From Candidatus Moraniibacteriota bacterium (GTDB lineage: Bacteria > Patescibacteriota > Minisyncoccia > Moranbacterales > GCA-2747515): a stretch of DNA of 64,000 bases. A program made the position numbers and the translations under genes. Below the pieces are notes generated by a model, which worked only from the letters and a program-made list of their open reading frames with translations, searched no databases and had not been told where the DNA came from. The DNA lies in NCBI GenBank assembly GCA_016699795.1, contig CP065011.1:418474-482473 (forward strand). Reading direction: 5' to 3'. Position 1 is the first letter of the stretch; each line of letters starts with the position of its first letter. This document shows, one piece after another, positions 17,449 through 27,930 of the stretch.

Positions 17449-18981
17449 CTAACGTGCTATTTCAACAGCGCGAGTTTCACGCATAACATTGACTCGTATT
17501 TCTCCAGGATATTGAAGTTCACTTTGTATTCTATCTGCAATATCCTTTGCCAAAAGAGCCATTTTTGGATCATCAATTTTTTCAGGATTTACAAATACAC
17601 GGACTTCTCTTCCTGCTTGTATAGCATATGTTTTTTCAACACCTTCAAAGCTATTCACTAAGCCCTCTAACTCTTCAAGTCTCTTGATGTAGTTTTCTAC
17701 TGTATCACGTCTAGCCCCAGGACGGCTCGCAGAAATAGCATCTGCAGCAGTAACGATAAATGCTTCTGGAGTTGCATAGGGATATTCCTCATGATGAGAT
17801 CTCATAGCGTGAATAACTTCTTTTCCCATATTGAATTTCTCCAATATTTTTATTCCAATGTTTACATGAGTTCCTTCCACCTTATGATCAAGTGCTTTTC
17901 CTATGTCATGAAAAAGACCCGCTTTCTTCGCTACATTAACATCGTAACCAAGTTCAGCAGCAAGAGCTCCTGCAATAAATGCGACCTCTAAAGAATGCAG
18001 GAGGACATTTTGTTTGAAACTTGTTCTATATCGTAATGTTCCTAAAATATGAATAAGTTTAGGATGAATCCCCGCAATTCCAAGTTCATACACAGCAGAT
18101 TCTCCCGCTTCCTTAATATTTCTATTAATTTCTTTTTCTGCAAAAGAAACAGCTTCTTCAATTTTGGAAGGATTAATTCGCCCATCTTCCATAAGATGTT
18201 CGAGAGCAATTTTTGCTATCGCTCGACGAATCGGATCAAAAGAAGAAACAACTACCGTATCTGGGGAATCATCTATAATTACCTCCACTCCTGTAAGCTT
18301 TTCGATAACTCGAATATTACGACCTTCTTTTCCAATTATCTTTCCCTTCACATCTTCAGATGGTATGGAAACCGTTGAAGTCATAAATTCCGAAGCATGC
18401 GAACGAGCATATCGCTGAATCACTTGGATCATGATATTATTTGCTTTTTGCTCTAATTCTTCAACATTTTCTTTTTCCAATTTCACCACCTGTTGAGCAA
18501 GTCGCTCTTTAGATTCTTCTTGGGCTCGAGAAAATATTTCATCTTTTGCTTCTTCTAAAGTCATCCCTGAAATTTCTTCCATTTTTTGATCCTCCGCTCT
18601 TCTCATCTCATCTATTTGCTCACGAATTTTTTTTATTTCTTGAGCTTTTTCACGAAGCCTCTCTCCATTTTGTTCAATTTCTTCAGAACGATGTTCCAGA
18701 GATTCTTCTCTCTTTTCTAAACGCCTTTGTAGATGATTGATTTGTTCTTCTTGATTTTTTACCTTTTCTTCTACTTTATCAAGAATTTCAATGGCTTTAT
18801 TCTTCGCCTTTACAATTTCTTCTTTTGCTTTTTTCTCGGCCTCTACCATAATACCCACAGCCTTGCTTTCTGCTGTATTCACTTGACCCCTGGCTATAGT
18901 TTGTCTTGTATAATAGCCAGAAATAGCACCTACTATAAGAGAAAGAACTACTACCACAAGTAGCGTTAAACTTATCGTCAT
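17449..18981 (-). CDS. rny: Ribonuclease Y
   Basis: N-terminal TM, coiled coil, KH domain, HD domain ('LLHDIGKALDH'). Confidence 0.9.
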   Translation of the reverse strand: MTISLTLLVVVVLSLIVGAISGYYTRQTIARGQVNTAESKAVGIMVEAEKKAKEEIVKAKNKAIEILDKVEEKVKNQEEQINHLQRRLEKREESLEHRSEEIEQNGERLREKAQEIKKIREQIDEMRRAEDQKMEEISGMTLEEAKDEIFSRAQEESKERLAQQVVKLEKENVEELEQKANNIMIQVIQRYARSHASEFMTSTVSIPSEDVKGKIIGKEGRNIRVIEKLTGVEVIIDDSPDTVVVSSFDPIRRAIAKIALEHLMEDGRINPSKIEEAVSFAEKEINRNIKEAGESAVYELGIAGIHPKLIHILGTLRYRTSFKQNVLLHSLEVAFIAGALAAELGYDVNVAKKAGLFHDIGKALDHKVEGTHVNIGIKILEKFNMGKEVIHAMRSHHEEYPYATPEAFIVTAADAISASRPGARRDTVENYIKRLEELEGLVNSFEGVEKTYAIQAGREVRVFVNPEKIDDPKMALLAKDIADRIQSELQYPGEIRVNVMRETRAVEIAR

Positions 18982-19248
18982 ATCACTAAAATATAACGAA
19001 CCGCCATCAATGATAAAACATACTCACGTAAAAACGACCGATACTATTTAATCGGTCCGATATTTTTCATTCAATGATGCTAAATGAAAGAATTTCATAC
19101 TAAATAAAAACGTTTTCTGCAATAATCAGTGTTGCGCGATTCGAAATGTATTAAAATTACGCCTTATCAGTATAGTCCTTTCATTAAGTCTTTGTCAAAA
19201 TATTTCTTTCCTGGTATAGTTACTCAATAACGAACCCAAATAGAAACT

Positions 19249-20832
19249 ATGGAACCATATAAGCCGGTTGTTCTTATTGTTTTAGATGGATGGGGAGAAA
19301 GCCCTACCTTTCGAGGAAATCCTATAAGAAAAGCAAAGATCCTTACTATACAAAAACTTAATTCTTTTTATCCGCTGGCACTTCTCCAGGCATCGGGAAG
19401 TTCTGTTGGCCTTCCTTGGGGAGAGCCGGGAAATAGTGAGGTTGGTCACATAACCCTTGGAATGGGCCGTATTATTTATCAAAGCATGCCTCGAATTACC
19501 CTTGCCATACAAGATGGAACTTTTTATACAAACCCAGAATTTCTCAAAGGAATTACTTTTTCAAAAGAGAATAATGGAGCAATTCACATTATGGGCCTCG
19601 TTGGACAAGGATCAGTTCATTCCTATCTTGAACATCTTTATGCTCTCATGGAATTAGTTAAACGTGAGAAATGCTCAAAAGTCTTCTTTCACCTTTTTAC
19701 AGACGGAAGAGATTCTCCACCAACATCCGGGGTAGAAACAATAAGAACTATAGCTCTCCGCGCAAAAGAAATGGGTGTGGGAAATATAGTCTCTCTTTGT
19801 GGAAGAAACTGGGCTATGGATAGAAATAATAATTGGGATCGGATTGAAAAAGCATACCGAATGCTTGTCTATGGAGAGGGTACTTCTATACAAGACCCTA
19901 TTCAATATATGCAGGATTCGTATAAGAAAAAAATTACAGACGAATTCATAGAACCTGCGTTCCTTTCCGATGCATCAGGCAAGCCTATGGGTCGTATCCA
20001 AGATGGAGACGCTGTTTTCTTTTTTAATTTTAGAGAAGATCGTGCGCGTCAATTAACCAAAGCATTTGCACTTCCAGGCTTTAATAAAATAAAAAAGGAT
20101 AAAGATCTTGATATAGAATTTGTTACTCTCATTGAATATGAAAAAGATCTCCCTGTATCTGTCGCCTTTAAACCAGAAATAGCTGCTCATTCTTTAGGAG
20201 AAATACTTAGTAATGCAGGAAAACGTCAGCTTCGCATAAGTGAAACGGAAAAATATGCTCATGTTACCTATTTCTTTAATGGTGGTTTAGAAGCACCCTT
20301 TCCCAAAGAAGAACGCCTCCTCATTCCCTCTCCTATAGTTTCTAGTTTTGATAAGATACCTGAAATGAGTTCAGAAAAAATTACGGACACCGTCATTGAA
20401 CGTGTCACCACTGGGACGTATGATTTTATTTTAATAAACTACGCTAATCCTGATATGGTTGCTCATACAGGAAACGAAGAAGCAACTATTCAAGCTATTG
20501 AATTTGTTGATTATTGTCTCGAACGCCTCATCCCCGTCATTTTAAAAGCAAATGGTTGTATTCTTCTCACCTCGGATCATGGAAATGCTGAAGAGCTTAA
20601 AAATCTTCGAACGGGAGAAATCGACACAGAACACAGTATTAACCCTATACCTCTCTGGTATATAACATCTACCAATCATAGACAGAAAACGCCTGAGGCT
20701 ATCATACGACAACAAAGTGAGGTTATTGGACTTCTTAGTGATGTTGCTCCCACAATACTTGACATCTTTGGTTTGCCCAAACCTGAAGAAATGTTTGGAA
20801 GTAGCCTTCTTCCCCTTTTGAAAAATGAATAA
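19249..20832 (+). CDS. gpmI: 2,3-bisphosphoglycerate-independent phosphoglycerate mutase
   Basis: 'VVLIVLDGWGES...NSEVGHITLGMGRIIYQ' plus full-length iPGM architecture. Confidence 0.9.
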   Translation: MEPYKPVVLIVLDGWGESPTFRGNPIRKAKILTIQKLNSFYPLALLQASGSSVGLPWGEPGNSEVGHITLGMGRIIYQSMPRITLAIQDGTFYTNPEFLKGITFSKENNGAIHIMGLVGQGSVHSYLEHLYALMELVKREKCSKVFFHLFTDGRDSPPTSGVETIRTIALRAKEMGVGNIVSLCGRNWAMDRNNNWDRIEKAYRMLVYGEGTSIQDPIQYMQDSYKKKITDEFIEPAFLSDASGKPMGRIQDGDAVFFFNFREDRARQLTKAFALPGFNKIKKDKDLDIEFVTLIEYEKDLPVSVAFKPEIAAHSLGEILSNAGKRQLRISETEKYAHVTYFFNGGLEAPFPKEERLLIPSPIVSSFDKIPEMSSEKITDTVIERVTTGTYDFILINYANPDMVAHTGNEEATIQAIEFVDYCLERLIPVILKANGCILLTSDHGNAEELKNLRTGEIDTEHSINPIPLWYITSTNHRQKTPEAIIRQQSEVIGLLSDVAPTILDIFGLPKPEEMFGSSLLPLLKNE

Positions 20833-21016
20833 GGGGCGGAAAATTTCAATCATGTAAATATTTCGTTTGTTTTGTTTCATTTCTCTGTGGTCAATTCATT
20901 TTAATAAATGAAGATACAATTTTAAATTCTACCTTCATTTCTAAAACACACAAAGAAGCTCCAAGAGAATAGTTTCATTTCCATTATTTTTCTCTTATAA
21001 AAACACCTCATTAAAA

Positions 21017-21041
21017 AAAGACTTCGAGTGAAGTCTTTTTT
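21017..21041. terminator. Bidirectional terminator hairpin aagacttc-gagt-gaagtctt with flanking A/T runs
   Basis: Perfect 8-bp stem with a T7 run after it and an A7 run before it. It lies between the gpmI end and the minus-strand small ORF. Confidence 0.6.
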
Positions 21042-21065
21042 TAATATTACTCTATATTATTACTT

Positions 21066-21266
21066 TTAGAACAAACTCATTTGTCCAAAAAGGGTAAAAA
21101 CAAGAAGAGGAACCATTGCGAGTAAAACTGCTAATGAAGCATTTTCATATTCTTCAGTTACTCCTTCGTCGGTCATTTTAGGACCTATTTCACATTGAGC
21201 ACCAGAACATTCTTCTGCTTCTTGGTTCATGGATACTTCCATTACCTCGTCTATTTCATTTTTCAT
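21066..21266 (-). CDS. Small acidic protein with C-terminal hydrophobic anchor, hypothetical
   Basis: 66 aa. Acidic N-terminus with a CxxxxC pair, C-terminal 'LAVLLAMVPLLVFTLFG'. Confidence 0.35.
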   Translation of the reverse strand: MKNEIDEVMEVSMNQEAEECSGAQCEIGPKMTDEGVTEEYENASLAVLLAMVPLLVFTLFGQMSLF

Positions 21267-21419
21267 ATATTTGTGTTTTTGATATTTTTTTTATTTTATT
21301 TTTTCTAGAACTTTTTTTTAAAACCTTTTTATAAACAAAGAAAAACGGGATCGACCTCACCCGTTTTCTTACGTCTGAAACAATTATAGCACGTTTTACC
21401 CCTCAGGTCAACTTATCTA

Positions 21420-22004
21420 TTAAGACACAATTACTTTATCGATAATACCGTATTTCTTCGCCTCTTCAGAAGTCATAAAATAATCACGTTCCGTATCCTG
21501 CGAAACTTTTGCGAGCTTTTGTCCGGTATGTTTTGCCAAAATTTTATCCAATCGATCTCTTGTTCTCAAAATATGTCTTGCGTGAATTTCTACATCAGTC
21601 GCTTGACCTTGTGCACCTCCCATAACCTGGTGAATCATAACTTCCGCATTAGGAAGTGCCATTCTCTTTCCTTTAGTCCCTGCTGACAAAAGTATTGCAG
21701 CACCCGAAGCAGCTAATCCTACACAGATAGTTTGAACATCAGCACTTACATACTGCATAGTGTCATAAATCGCTAAAGCACTTGTTACGGAACCCCCGGG
21801 AGAATTTATATACATCTTTATATCTTCTTTGGGACTTTGTGATTCTAAGAAAAGTAATTGAGCGATAATAGCATTAGCCATTGTATCCTCAATAGGCGTT
21901 CCTACAAAAATAATCCTATCCTTTAAAAGACGCGAATAAATATCGTAAGCTCTTTCCCCATACGTTGTTTTTTCAATAACCGTTGGAATGAGATAATTTT
22001 CCAT
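21420..22004 (-). CDS. clpP: ATP-dependent Clp protease proteolytic subunit
   Basis: '[40 protein letters not shown]...[19 protein letters not shown]' is a canonical ClpP sequence. Confidence 0.9.
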   Translation of the reverse strand: MENYLIPTVIEKTTYGERAYDIYSRLLKDRIIFVGTPIEDTMANAIIAQLLFLESQSPKEDIKMYINSPGGSVTSALAIYDTMQYVSADVQTICVGLAASGAAILLSAGTKGKRMALPNAEVMIHQVMGGAQGQATDVEIHARHILRTRDRLDKILAKHTGQKLAKVSQDTERDYFMTSEEAKKYGIIDKVIVS

Positions 22005-22011
22005 ACAATAT

Positions 22012-23304
22012 TTATTTCTTTTCTAGAATTTCCCAAACCTTATTATTCATAAGCTCTCCTCGACTCAGAGCATAAAGACGATTCATGTCAATTTTTTTCT
22101 CAATATCTTTAACCCCTCCGTACTGCGCAAGTGTTGAATTCATATGTGTTTGTATCTCTTGAGAAGAAGGTTCTATTTTTTCTTCTTGAGCAATCTCAGA
22201 AAAAACAAGATTTCCCATAACACGTTTTTTTGCACTTTCTTTAAACATTTCTGAGATATCTTCTCGAGTCTTTTTTACCTGCTGTAAATATTGTTCGAAA
22301 GATATTCCTGAAGAAGTTACTCTGTATTCAAAGTCGTGAAGCATTGCATGAAGCTCTTCTTCAAGAAGAATTTCAGGAAGTTCCATTTCCACATTTTCTA
22401 AAAGAATATCCATAATATGAGAACGTTTCTCCTGCTCTTCTCTCTCATATTTTTCTTGAGTCATTCCCTTAGAAATGCTTAATTTCAAATCAGAAAGATC
22501 TTTAAATTTTCCTATTGAAATTGCAAAGGCGTCATTAATTTCAGGGAGTTCTCTTTGTTCAACGACATTGAGCTTTACTTCGAATGTCGCATTTTTCCCA
22601 GCGAGATGTTTTGCGTGATACGTTTCTGGGAAAGCGAGTTCGAAAGTTTTTTCTTCTCCAGATTTCATTCCTATAATTTTTTCTTCAAATCCTGGAATAA
22701 AAACTCCCGAGCCCAAAATAATAGCATGATCTTTTGACGTTCCTCCTTCAATAGGAACTTTGTCCACCAAAACCTGAAAATCAAGTTTCACATTATCACC
22801 TTCTTGAGCTTCCCGTTCAACAACGCTATGAAGAGCTCGACTTTGAGCCAATCGATTAATTTCTTTTGTTACTTCCGGGGAATCGATATCTATCTTCTCA
22901 CTTGATTTCTCTTTAGAAACAAAATCCTTCACCTTTTCTTTCCATATATCATTCATTTTCACTTCTGGCATAACATCAGTAACAATACGATATTCCAAAT
23001 CATTCCCTAGAGAAATAGCTTGTATATCTCCTCGAGGCCTTCCTATAACTTGTAATTTATTTTCACGAATTACAGATTCCCAATGTTTTTTCATAGCCAT
23101 TTCTCCTGCTTCATACAGTATGGCATCTTGTCCAACATTTTGTTCGATTACTTCCCGAGGAGCCTTACCTGGTCGAAAGCCCTCAATTTTCATTGATTGC
23201 GCAAATTTCTTTACAGCACTTTCGATATATTTTTCCCACTGAGAAAAAGGGATTTTAGAAATCACCTCTATTTTCGATTTTGGAAGATTCTTAATTTCAG
23301 TCAT
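22012..23304 (-). CDS. tig: Trigger factor
   Basis: N-terminal ribosome-binding domain '[14 protein letters not shown]', an FKBP-like middle domain, full length. Confidence 0.9.
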   Translation of the reverse strand: MTEIKNLPKSKIEVISKIPFSQWEKYIESAVKKFAQSMKIEGFRPGKAPREVIEQNVGQDAILYEAGEMAMKKHWESVIRENKLQVIGRPRGDIQAISLGNDLEYRIVTDVMPEVKMNDIWKEKVKDFVSKEKSSEKIDIDSPEVTKEINRLAQSRALHSVVEREAQEGDNVKLDFQVLVDKVPIEGGTSKDHAIILGSGVFIPGFEEKIIGMKSGEEKTFELAFPETYHAKHLAGKNATFEVKLNVVEQRELPEINDAFAISIGKFKDLSDLKLSISKGMTQEKYEREEQEKRSHIMDILLENVEMELPEILLEEELHAMLHDFEYRVTSSGISFEQYLQQVKKTREDISEMFKESAKKRVMGNLVFSEIAQEEKIEPSSQEIQTHMNSTLAQYGGVKDIEKKIDMNRLYALSRGELMNNKVWEILEKK

Positions 23305-23347
23305 GATTCCTTTTTAAAATTATAAATAATTCAATCTTCTCATTCTC

Positions 23348-23887
23348 TTAAGATTGCTTTGGAAACTTCTTTGCGTACAATTTCATTCCTTCACAAATAA
23401 CTTCCATAGCCTCTTTTTTTCCCTCTACTTTTTTTATCTCAACTTTTTTCCCCTCTTCAATTGATTTGTAGGTTTCGAAAAAATGTGTAAATTCTTTTAT
23501 AGTATGAGGGTTGATATGAGAAAGGTTTTGCATTTTGTCAAAACGAGGATCCTCAAGAGGAACGGCTACTATTTTTTCATCACGTTCACCACAGTCAATC
23601 ATACGGAAAACAGCAACAGGTCTTACTTCAACAAGAACACCAGGGTGTAATGGGTATGTAGAAAGAACAACAACATCAAGAGGATCGTTATCATGCCAAT
23701 ATGTTTGTGGTATAAAACCATAATCAAAAGGAAAATCCTGCGAAGTTTTCATGGGTCTGTCTAATTTTATCAATCCTGTTTCTTTATCAATCTCATATTT
23801 ATTTTTATTTCCACGAGGATTTTCAATAATAACATTAAATGACTTGGGAACATTCTTTCCTATTGAAACTTCATGCCAAAGGTTCAT
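23348..23887 (-). CDS. ppa: Inorganic pyrophosphatase (family I)
   Basis: 'DNDPLDVVVLSTYPLHPGVLVEVRPVAVFRMIDCGERDEKIVAV'. Confidence 0.9.
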   Translation of the reverse strand: MNLWHEVSIGKNVPKSFNVIIENPRGNKNKYEIDKETGLIKLDRPMKTSQDFPFDYGFIPQTYWHDNDPLDVVVLSTYPLHPGVLVEVRPVAVFRMIDCGERDEKIVAVPLEDPRFDKMQNLSHINPHTIKEFTHFFETYKSIEEGKKVEIKKVEGKKEAMEVICEGMKLYAKKFPKQS

Positions 23888-23955
23888 ACACGTAATACTT
23901 AGTTTTTATACAAATACATTTTTAAATAATTTTCCCAAAGAAACAAGTGTTTATC

Positions 23956-25275
23956 TTATTTCTTTTCTTTTTTCTCTTTCTTCTCTTTTTTTTCTTCTAT
24001 CTTTTCTTCTATCTTTTCTTTAGGTTCTTCTTGACTATTCGGTTCTTCATCAAGGATGACTTCTTTTTCTGAAACAACATCAATTTGTCTTCCAACAAGT
24101 TTGGATGCCAAACGAACATTCTGACCTTGTCTACCAATAGCCAAAGAAAGTTGATCTTCGGGAACAACTACTTTTGCAAAATGCTCTTCTTCATTCAACT
24201 CTACACGGATAACTTTTGCAGGACTAATAGCTGCTCGAATAAACTTTTCTACGTCGCTATTCCATTCGATAATATCAATTTTTTCGCCTCCAAGTTCATC
24301 AATAACAGCCTGAACTCGAGTTCCTTTTTGCCCAACACAAGAGCCAATAGGATCAATTCCGCTTTCAGCTGCAAATACAGCCATCTTTGTACGAATTCCC
24401 GCTTCTCTTGCTATAGCTTTTATTTCCACTGTTCCTGTAAATATTTCTGGAACTTCAAGAGAAAATAATTTTCTTACAAGCTCACTCGCTGATCGAGAAA
24501 GAATAATTCCTGGTCCTCGAGGATCAAGATCTACTCGAGAAACGTATACCTTCATTCTTTGTCCAATTCTATATCGATCATTTGGGGATTGTTCTGCTGC
24601 AAAAAGAACTCCTGTTGATCGTCCTACCGTCACATAAACAACGCGACCCTCTATTCGTTCAACTGTTCCTCCAATAACTTCACCTTCTCTTTCTTTAAAT
24701 TCAGAAAACATAGCCTCTCGTTCAGCCTCTCGAATTTTTTGTAAAATTACTTGCTTTGCTGTTTGAGCGGCCACTCTACCAAAAGTATCAAATGATGGCA
24801 ATTCTTCTTCTACAATATCGCCAACCGATATGTTATTTTTTATTTTGAAAGCATCCTCAAGAAGAATATCCCGTTCAGGATTAAATCGAGATAATTTTCC
24901 ATCTTCGGAAAAAGTATTGCGTTCAATAATTCCGCGCTCTTCTTCCATTTCGAAATGCTTTTTCTTTCGAGAAGCATTTTCTTTTGCATCTTCTGTGGAT
25001 TCTTCTTCCACCTGAATAAAATCTCTTGTTGTTTCATCTACTACTTCTTTTATAAGGAAAAAACGAGCTGTTCCCATTTCATCATCAAACTGGGCTCGTA
25101 TATGCTGTCCACGCTTTCCATAATCTTTTTTGTAAGCAGCAGAAAGTGCGGCTTCTACTGTTTCGATAACACGCTCTCGCGTAATACCTTTTTCTTCAGC
25201 TATTTGTCCAAGAGCAATAGAAAATTCTTTAAGTTGAATTCCTCCTTGTTCTTCAGGTTGTACATTTTTTTTCAT
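23956..25275 (-). CDS. nusA: Transcription termination/antitermination factor NusA (Lys/Glu-rich C-terminal tail)
   Basis: N-terminal NusA domain, S1 domain, two KH domains ('IGRQGQNVRLASKL'). The C-terminal KEKIEEKIEEKKEKKEKKEKK tail is encoded by a simple repeat. Confidence 0.9.
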   Translation of the reverse strand: MKKNVQPEEQGGIQLKEFSIALGQIAEEKGITRERVIETVEAALSAAYKKDYGKRGQHIRAQFDDEMGTARFFLIKEVVDETTRDFIQVEEESTEDAKENASRKKKHFEMEEERGIIERNTFSEDGKLSRFNPERDILLEDAFKIKNNISVGDIVEEELPSFDTFGRVAAQTAKQVILQKIREAEREAMFSEFKEREGEVIGGTVERIEGRVVYVTVGRSTGVLFAAEQSPNDRYRIGQRMKVYVSRVDLDPRGPGIILSRSASELVRKLFSLEVPEIFTGTVEIKAIAREAGIRTKMAVFAAESGIDPIGSCVGQKGTRVQAVIDELGGEKIDIIEWNSDVEKFIRAAISPAKVIRVELNEEEHFAKVVVPEDQLSLAIGRQGQNVRLASKLVGRQIDVVSEKEVILDEEPNSQEEPKEKIEEKIEEKKEKKEKKEKK

Positions 25276-25445
25276 ACAAATTATTATAACTTATTCTTAT
25301 TCCTTGTTTATTCTAAACTTTTCTTCTTTTACCTTCTCATAATACCATGAGAATTTCAATCTTACGAAAAAAGTCCGCCAACACAGGCGAACTTTGCTTC
25401 CTTAAGAAAATAGAATATACCATATACTCTAAGTGCTTGTCAAAC

Positions 25446-25474
25446 TTGACTTTTTTATTAAAATGTGCTATTTT
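25446..25474 (+). promoter_or_regulatory. Candidate sigma70-type promoter (TTGACT - 17 nt - TGcTATTTT) upstream of band-7 gene
   Basis: -35 TTGACT at 25446-25451, 17-nt spacer, extended -10 TGnTATTTT at 25466-25474. About 90 nt upstream of the ATG at 25565. Confidence 0.3.
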
Positions 25475-25564
25475 AGAGGGTCATCTTTTCTGGTGGCAAA
25501 GAAAATTTTTCCTGACCTTTTCAGGTTAGGATTTGTACTTTAAAAAATTTGGAGTTGCAAGAAA

Positions 25565-26491
25565 ATGAAGAACTTCGTCATTAGAAACCTCAATGCCTTG
25601 GTTTTTAGCCTTGGATTGAGCGTGTTCTTTCTTCTCGGTTTTGGAATGGAAAGTATCTTCCCTTGGGGAATCCTCTTGGGAAGCGCTACTTGGACGCTGT
25701 TTTATGCGTCTATTGGCATTAAACTCGTTCCCCAAGGTACATGCTGGGCCATTGAAAGGCTCGGCCAGTATGTGGGGGTACGGAAAGCAGGACCTCAGGT
25801 TCTCTGCTTTCCAGGGTTTCTCGATAAACCCAGGGAGATCCCCTTAACCTATCAGCACGAGGATCTCTACGTCAATTCAGATGGAAGTGTGAACAAAAAC
25901 GCTTCTATTGATTTCGAGGACCTCAGTGCTCCTATAACGGCACAGGCCTGGTGGCAGATCGACGCTGAAAACAACGGGGGTTTAGAGGAAGCTATACGAA
26001 AGTTTCTCTACTCCGTAGGAGACGCTCGAAAATTCATAGGGGATGTTGTGGATGCATCATTACGTCATGATCTCTCCGAGATGAAGTTCGAAGAAGCGAG
26101 GAAAACAAAGGCTACTCGCATGGATACTCTGGCAAAGAAGGATACAGTCCTTGAAGCCCTAGCCCAGATAGGGGTAAAGCTTCGAGATCCCAAGGGGATT
26201 TTGATAACGGATATCATTCTCCCTCCGGAGCTTGAAGAGCTTCAATCTCTCGCGTTCAAAGGTGAGAGAGAGGCTAAAGAGTCTGCTAACAAGAGTATTG
26301 GCTATGCTCTTGCCATAAAGGAGATTATCCGGGCTGCCAAAGAAAATGATGGCCGAGTTCTCTCCTGGGAGGAAGCGCAAGACATCTACTTTCGAAACAA
26401 AGGTTTAGAAGCCTTTGCTTCTTCGGGAGCTCATTCCACCTTTATCGGTGGCAGTGTCGCCGATATGATTCAATCGCTGATTAAGCGATAA
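25565..26491 (+). CDS. SPFH/band-7 (stomatin/prohibitin-like) membrane protein
   Basis: 'LVPQGTCWAIERLGQYVGVRKAGPQVLCFPGFLDKPREI' matches the SPFH N-terminal signature. The gene is conspicuously GC-richer than its neighbours. Confidence 0.7.
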   Translation: MKNFVIRNLNALVFSLGLSVFFLLGFGMESIFPWGILLGSATWTLFYASIGIKLVPQGTCWAIERLGQYVGVRKAGPQVLCFPGFLDKPREIPLTYQHEDLYVNSDGSVNKNASIDFEDLSAPITAQAWWQIDAENNGGLEEAIRKFLYSVGDARKFIGDVVDASLRHDLSEMKFEEARKTKATRMDTLAKKDTVLEALAQIGVKLRDPKGILITDIILPPELEELQSLAFKGEREAKESANKSIGYALAIKEIIRAAKENDGRVLSWEEAQDIYFRNKGLEAFASSGAHSTFIGGSVADMIQSLIKR

Positions 26492-26504
26492 GGAGGAGGA
26501 AGAA

Positions 26505-27188
26505 ATGTTCGAACTTCTTATTGGAGGGATTTTTCTCTCCATGCTGATTTACGTTGGGTATAAGGTCTTCTTGGCTATTCCAAGAAAAGCGAGACCAACG
26601 ACAGTAACAACCTCAACACCAGCAACAACTTCCCTTTTTGCGAGTTTGAAAAAATTTGCAACGGGGTATGGGATGAGGAGATTTATTCTCTTTATCGTTG
26701 TCGGATCCCTTCTCTGGAATGAAACGAGAGAATCATTCTGGATGCAAGTAGTTCCTGACACGGTGAAAAAGCATGTCATTGGAGAAGTTCTCATCTCTTA
26801 CAAAATGAAAGATCTCAGAAAGGGAGAGACTCTAGATTGTCTCCCTCAAGGGATCTGGAAGTTTGTAAGAGTCCAGACACAAACCCCTCACTATCAGTAC
26901 ACCAAAGGAGATGGTTATTACACGGGGTTTTACGACAAAGAAGATCGCTCCTCGGTAGATCAAAAGACTGTTTCCAGACTTATCATCAAGGATGAAAAAA
27001 GATTTGGAAATCTATTGGTATCTTCGGATGTCAGTAGAAACAGACCCACCGGAGATGTAGTAGTAGTCAAAGGCGAGTGTCAAAAACTCACCGTTGAAAC
27101 TAATCTCCCACAGGAGTTCAAAGGCTACTCCCTTCTCGAGCTCGGGGGAAAAGGAAATCCCATCAAGCTCGCGTTTGAAAGGGAATGA
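26505..27188 (+). CDS. Hypothetical membrane protein, co-transcribed partner of band-7 gene
   Basis: 227 aa with two N-terminal TM segments. It starts 14 nt after the band-7 stop. Confidence 0.5.
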   Translation: MFELLIGGIFLSMLIYVGYKVFLAIPRKARPTTVTTSTPATTSLFASLKKFATGYGMRRFILFIVVGSLLWNETRESFWMQVVPDTVKKHVIGEVLISYKMKDLRKGETLDCLPQGIWKFVRVQTQTPHYQYTKGDGYYTGFYDKEDRSSVDQKTVSRLIIKDEKRFGNLLVSSDVSRNRPTGDVVVVKGECQKLTVETNLPQEFKGYSLLELGGKGNPIKLAFERE

Positions 27189-27196
27189 ATATTACA

Positions 27197-27227
27197 GGGT
27201 GATGCAAAATTTGCGTCACCCTTTTTT
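27197..27227 (+). terminator. Rho-independent terminator (gggtgatgc..gcgtcaccc + T6)
   Basis: 9-bp stem with one G-U pair, then tttttt. Directly after the 26505-27188 gene. Confidence 0.6.
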
Positions 27228-27287
27228 ATACGAAAAACTACTACTCTCAATAAGAAATAATAGGGATCATTAACCAATTCCCCCTTT

Positions 27288-27914
27288 CTATTCCATAAGT
27301 AATCCTATTTGACGCACAATGAGCAATGAAGCAAGTGCGATAGTAAGTCCCACAAGAGCATAAATAAATATTTTTTTACCCGTTTCAATTCTTTTTTCAC
27401 TTCCACCAGAAACAAGATACATAATACCTCCCACAACCATCATAATAAGAGAAATAACTCCCACGATAGCAAGGAGAAAATTCAAAACATTAAGAGCGAT
27501 ATCTATGAGTGGGGTGGCACTTTCTACCGGAGTTTTAACAACATTTGGTCCAGCTTCAAGAATCAGATAAATTTCTTTAAGAAACGTTGGTGCTACTATT
27601 CCTATAGCAAGTCCTATCATCGAAGCGAGAACTGCGCCCTTAGCAATTTTTATCGATCCTTCATTTCCCCCACTTGTGGTATAAATAACACCGCCAATAA
27701 CCAAAAAGACAACAGAGAGAAGTACGATAATTCCCTGAAGATATTCAAGAATAGAACCAAGAACGCCTTGTACCGTGTCATAATTAAGTGGATTTTGCCA
27801 ATAAATTCCAGATGCCCCAGATGATGCAAATGACTCCATGGGTACACAAAAAAAGAAAAAAAGAAAAATACTTATCCCCAAAAAACGATACTGTATTTTT
27901 TTCATATTTTTCAT
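27288..27914 (-). CDS. TrbC/VirB2-like (T4SS-type) pilin-family protein, two tandem pilin-like modules
   Basis: Signal peptide plus two copies of the hydrophobic-GG-(I/V)YxTSGG...KxxxxAxxIGLxIGI motif shared by the paralog cluster. Confidence 0.65.
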   Translation of the reverse strand: MKNMKKIQYRFLGISIFLFFFFCVPMESFASSGASGIYWQNPLNYDTVQGVLGSILEYLQGIIVLLSVVFLVIGGVIYTTSGGNEGSIKIAKGAVLASMIGLAIGIVAPTFLKEIYLILEAGPNVVKTPVESATPLIDIALNVLNFLLAIVGVISLIMMVVGGIMYLVSGGSEKRIETGKKIFIYALVGLTIALASLLIVRQIGLLME

Positions 27915-27930
27915 TAAAAACTATTTTTAA

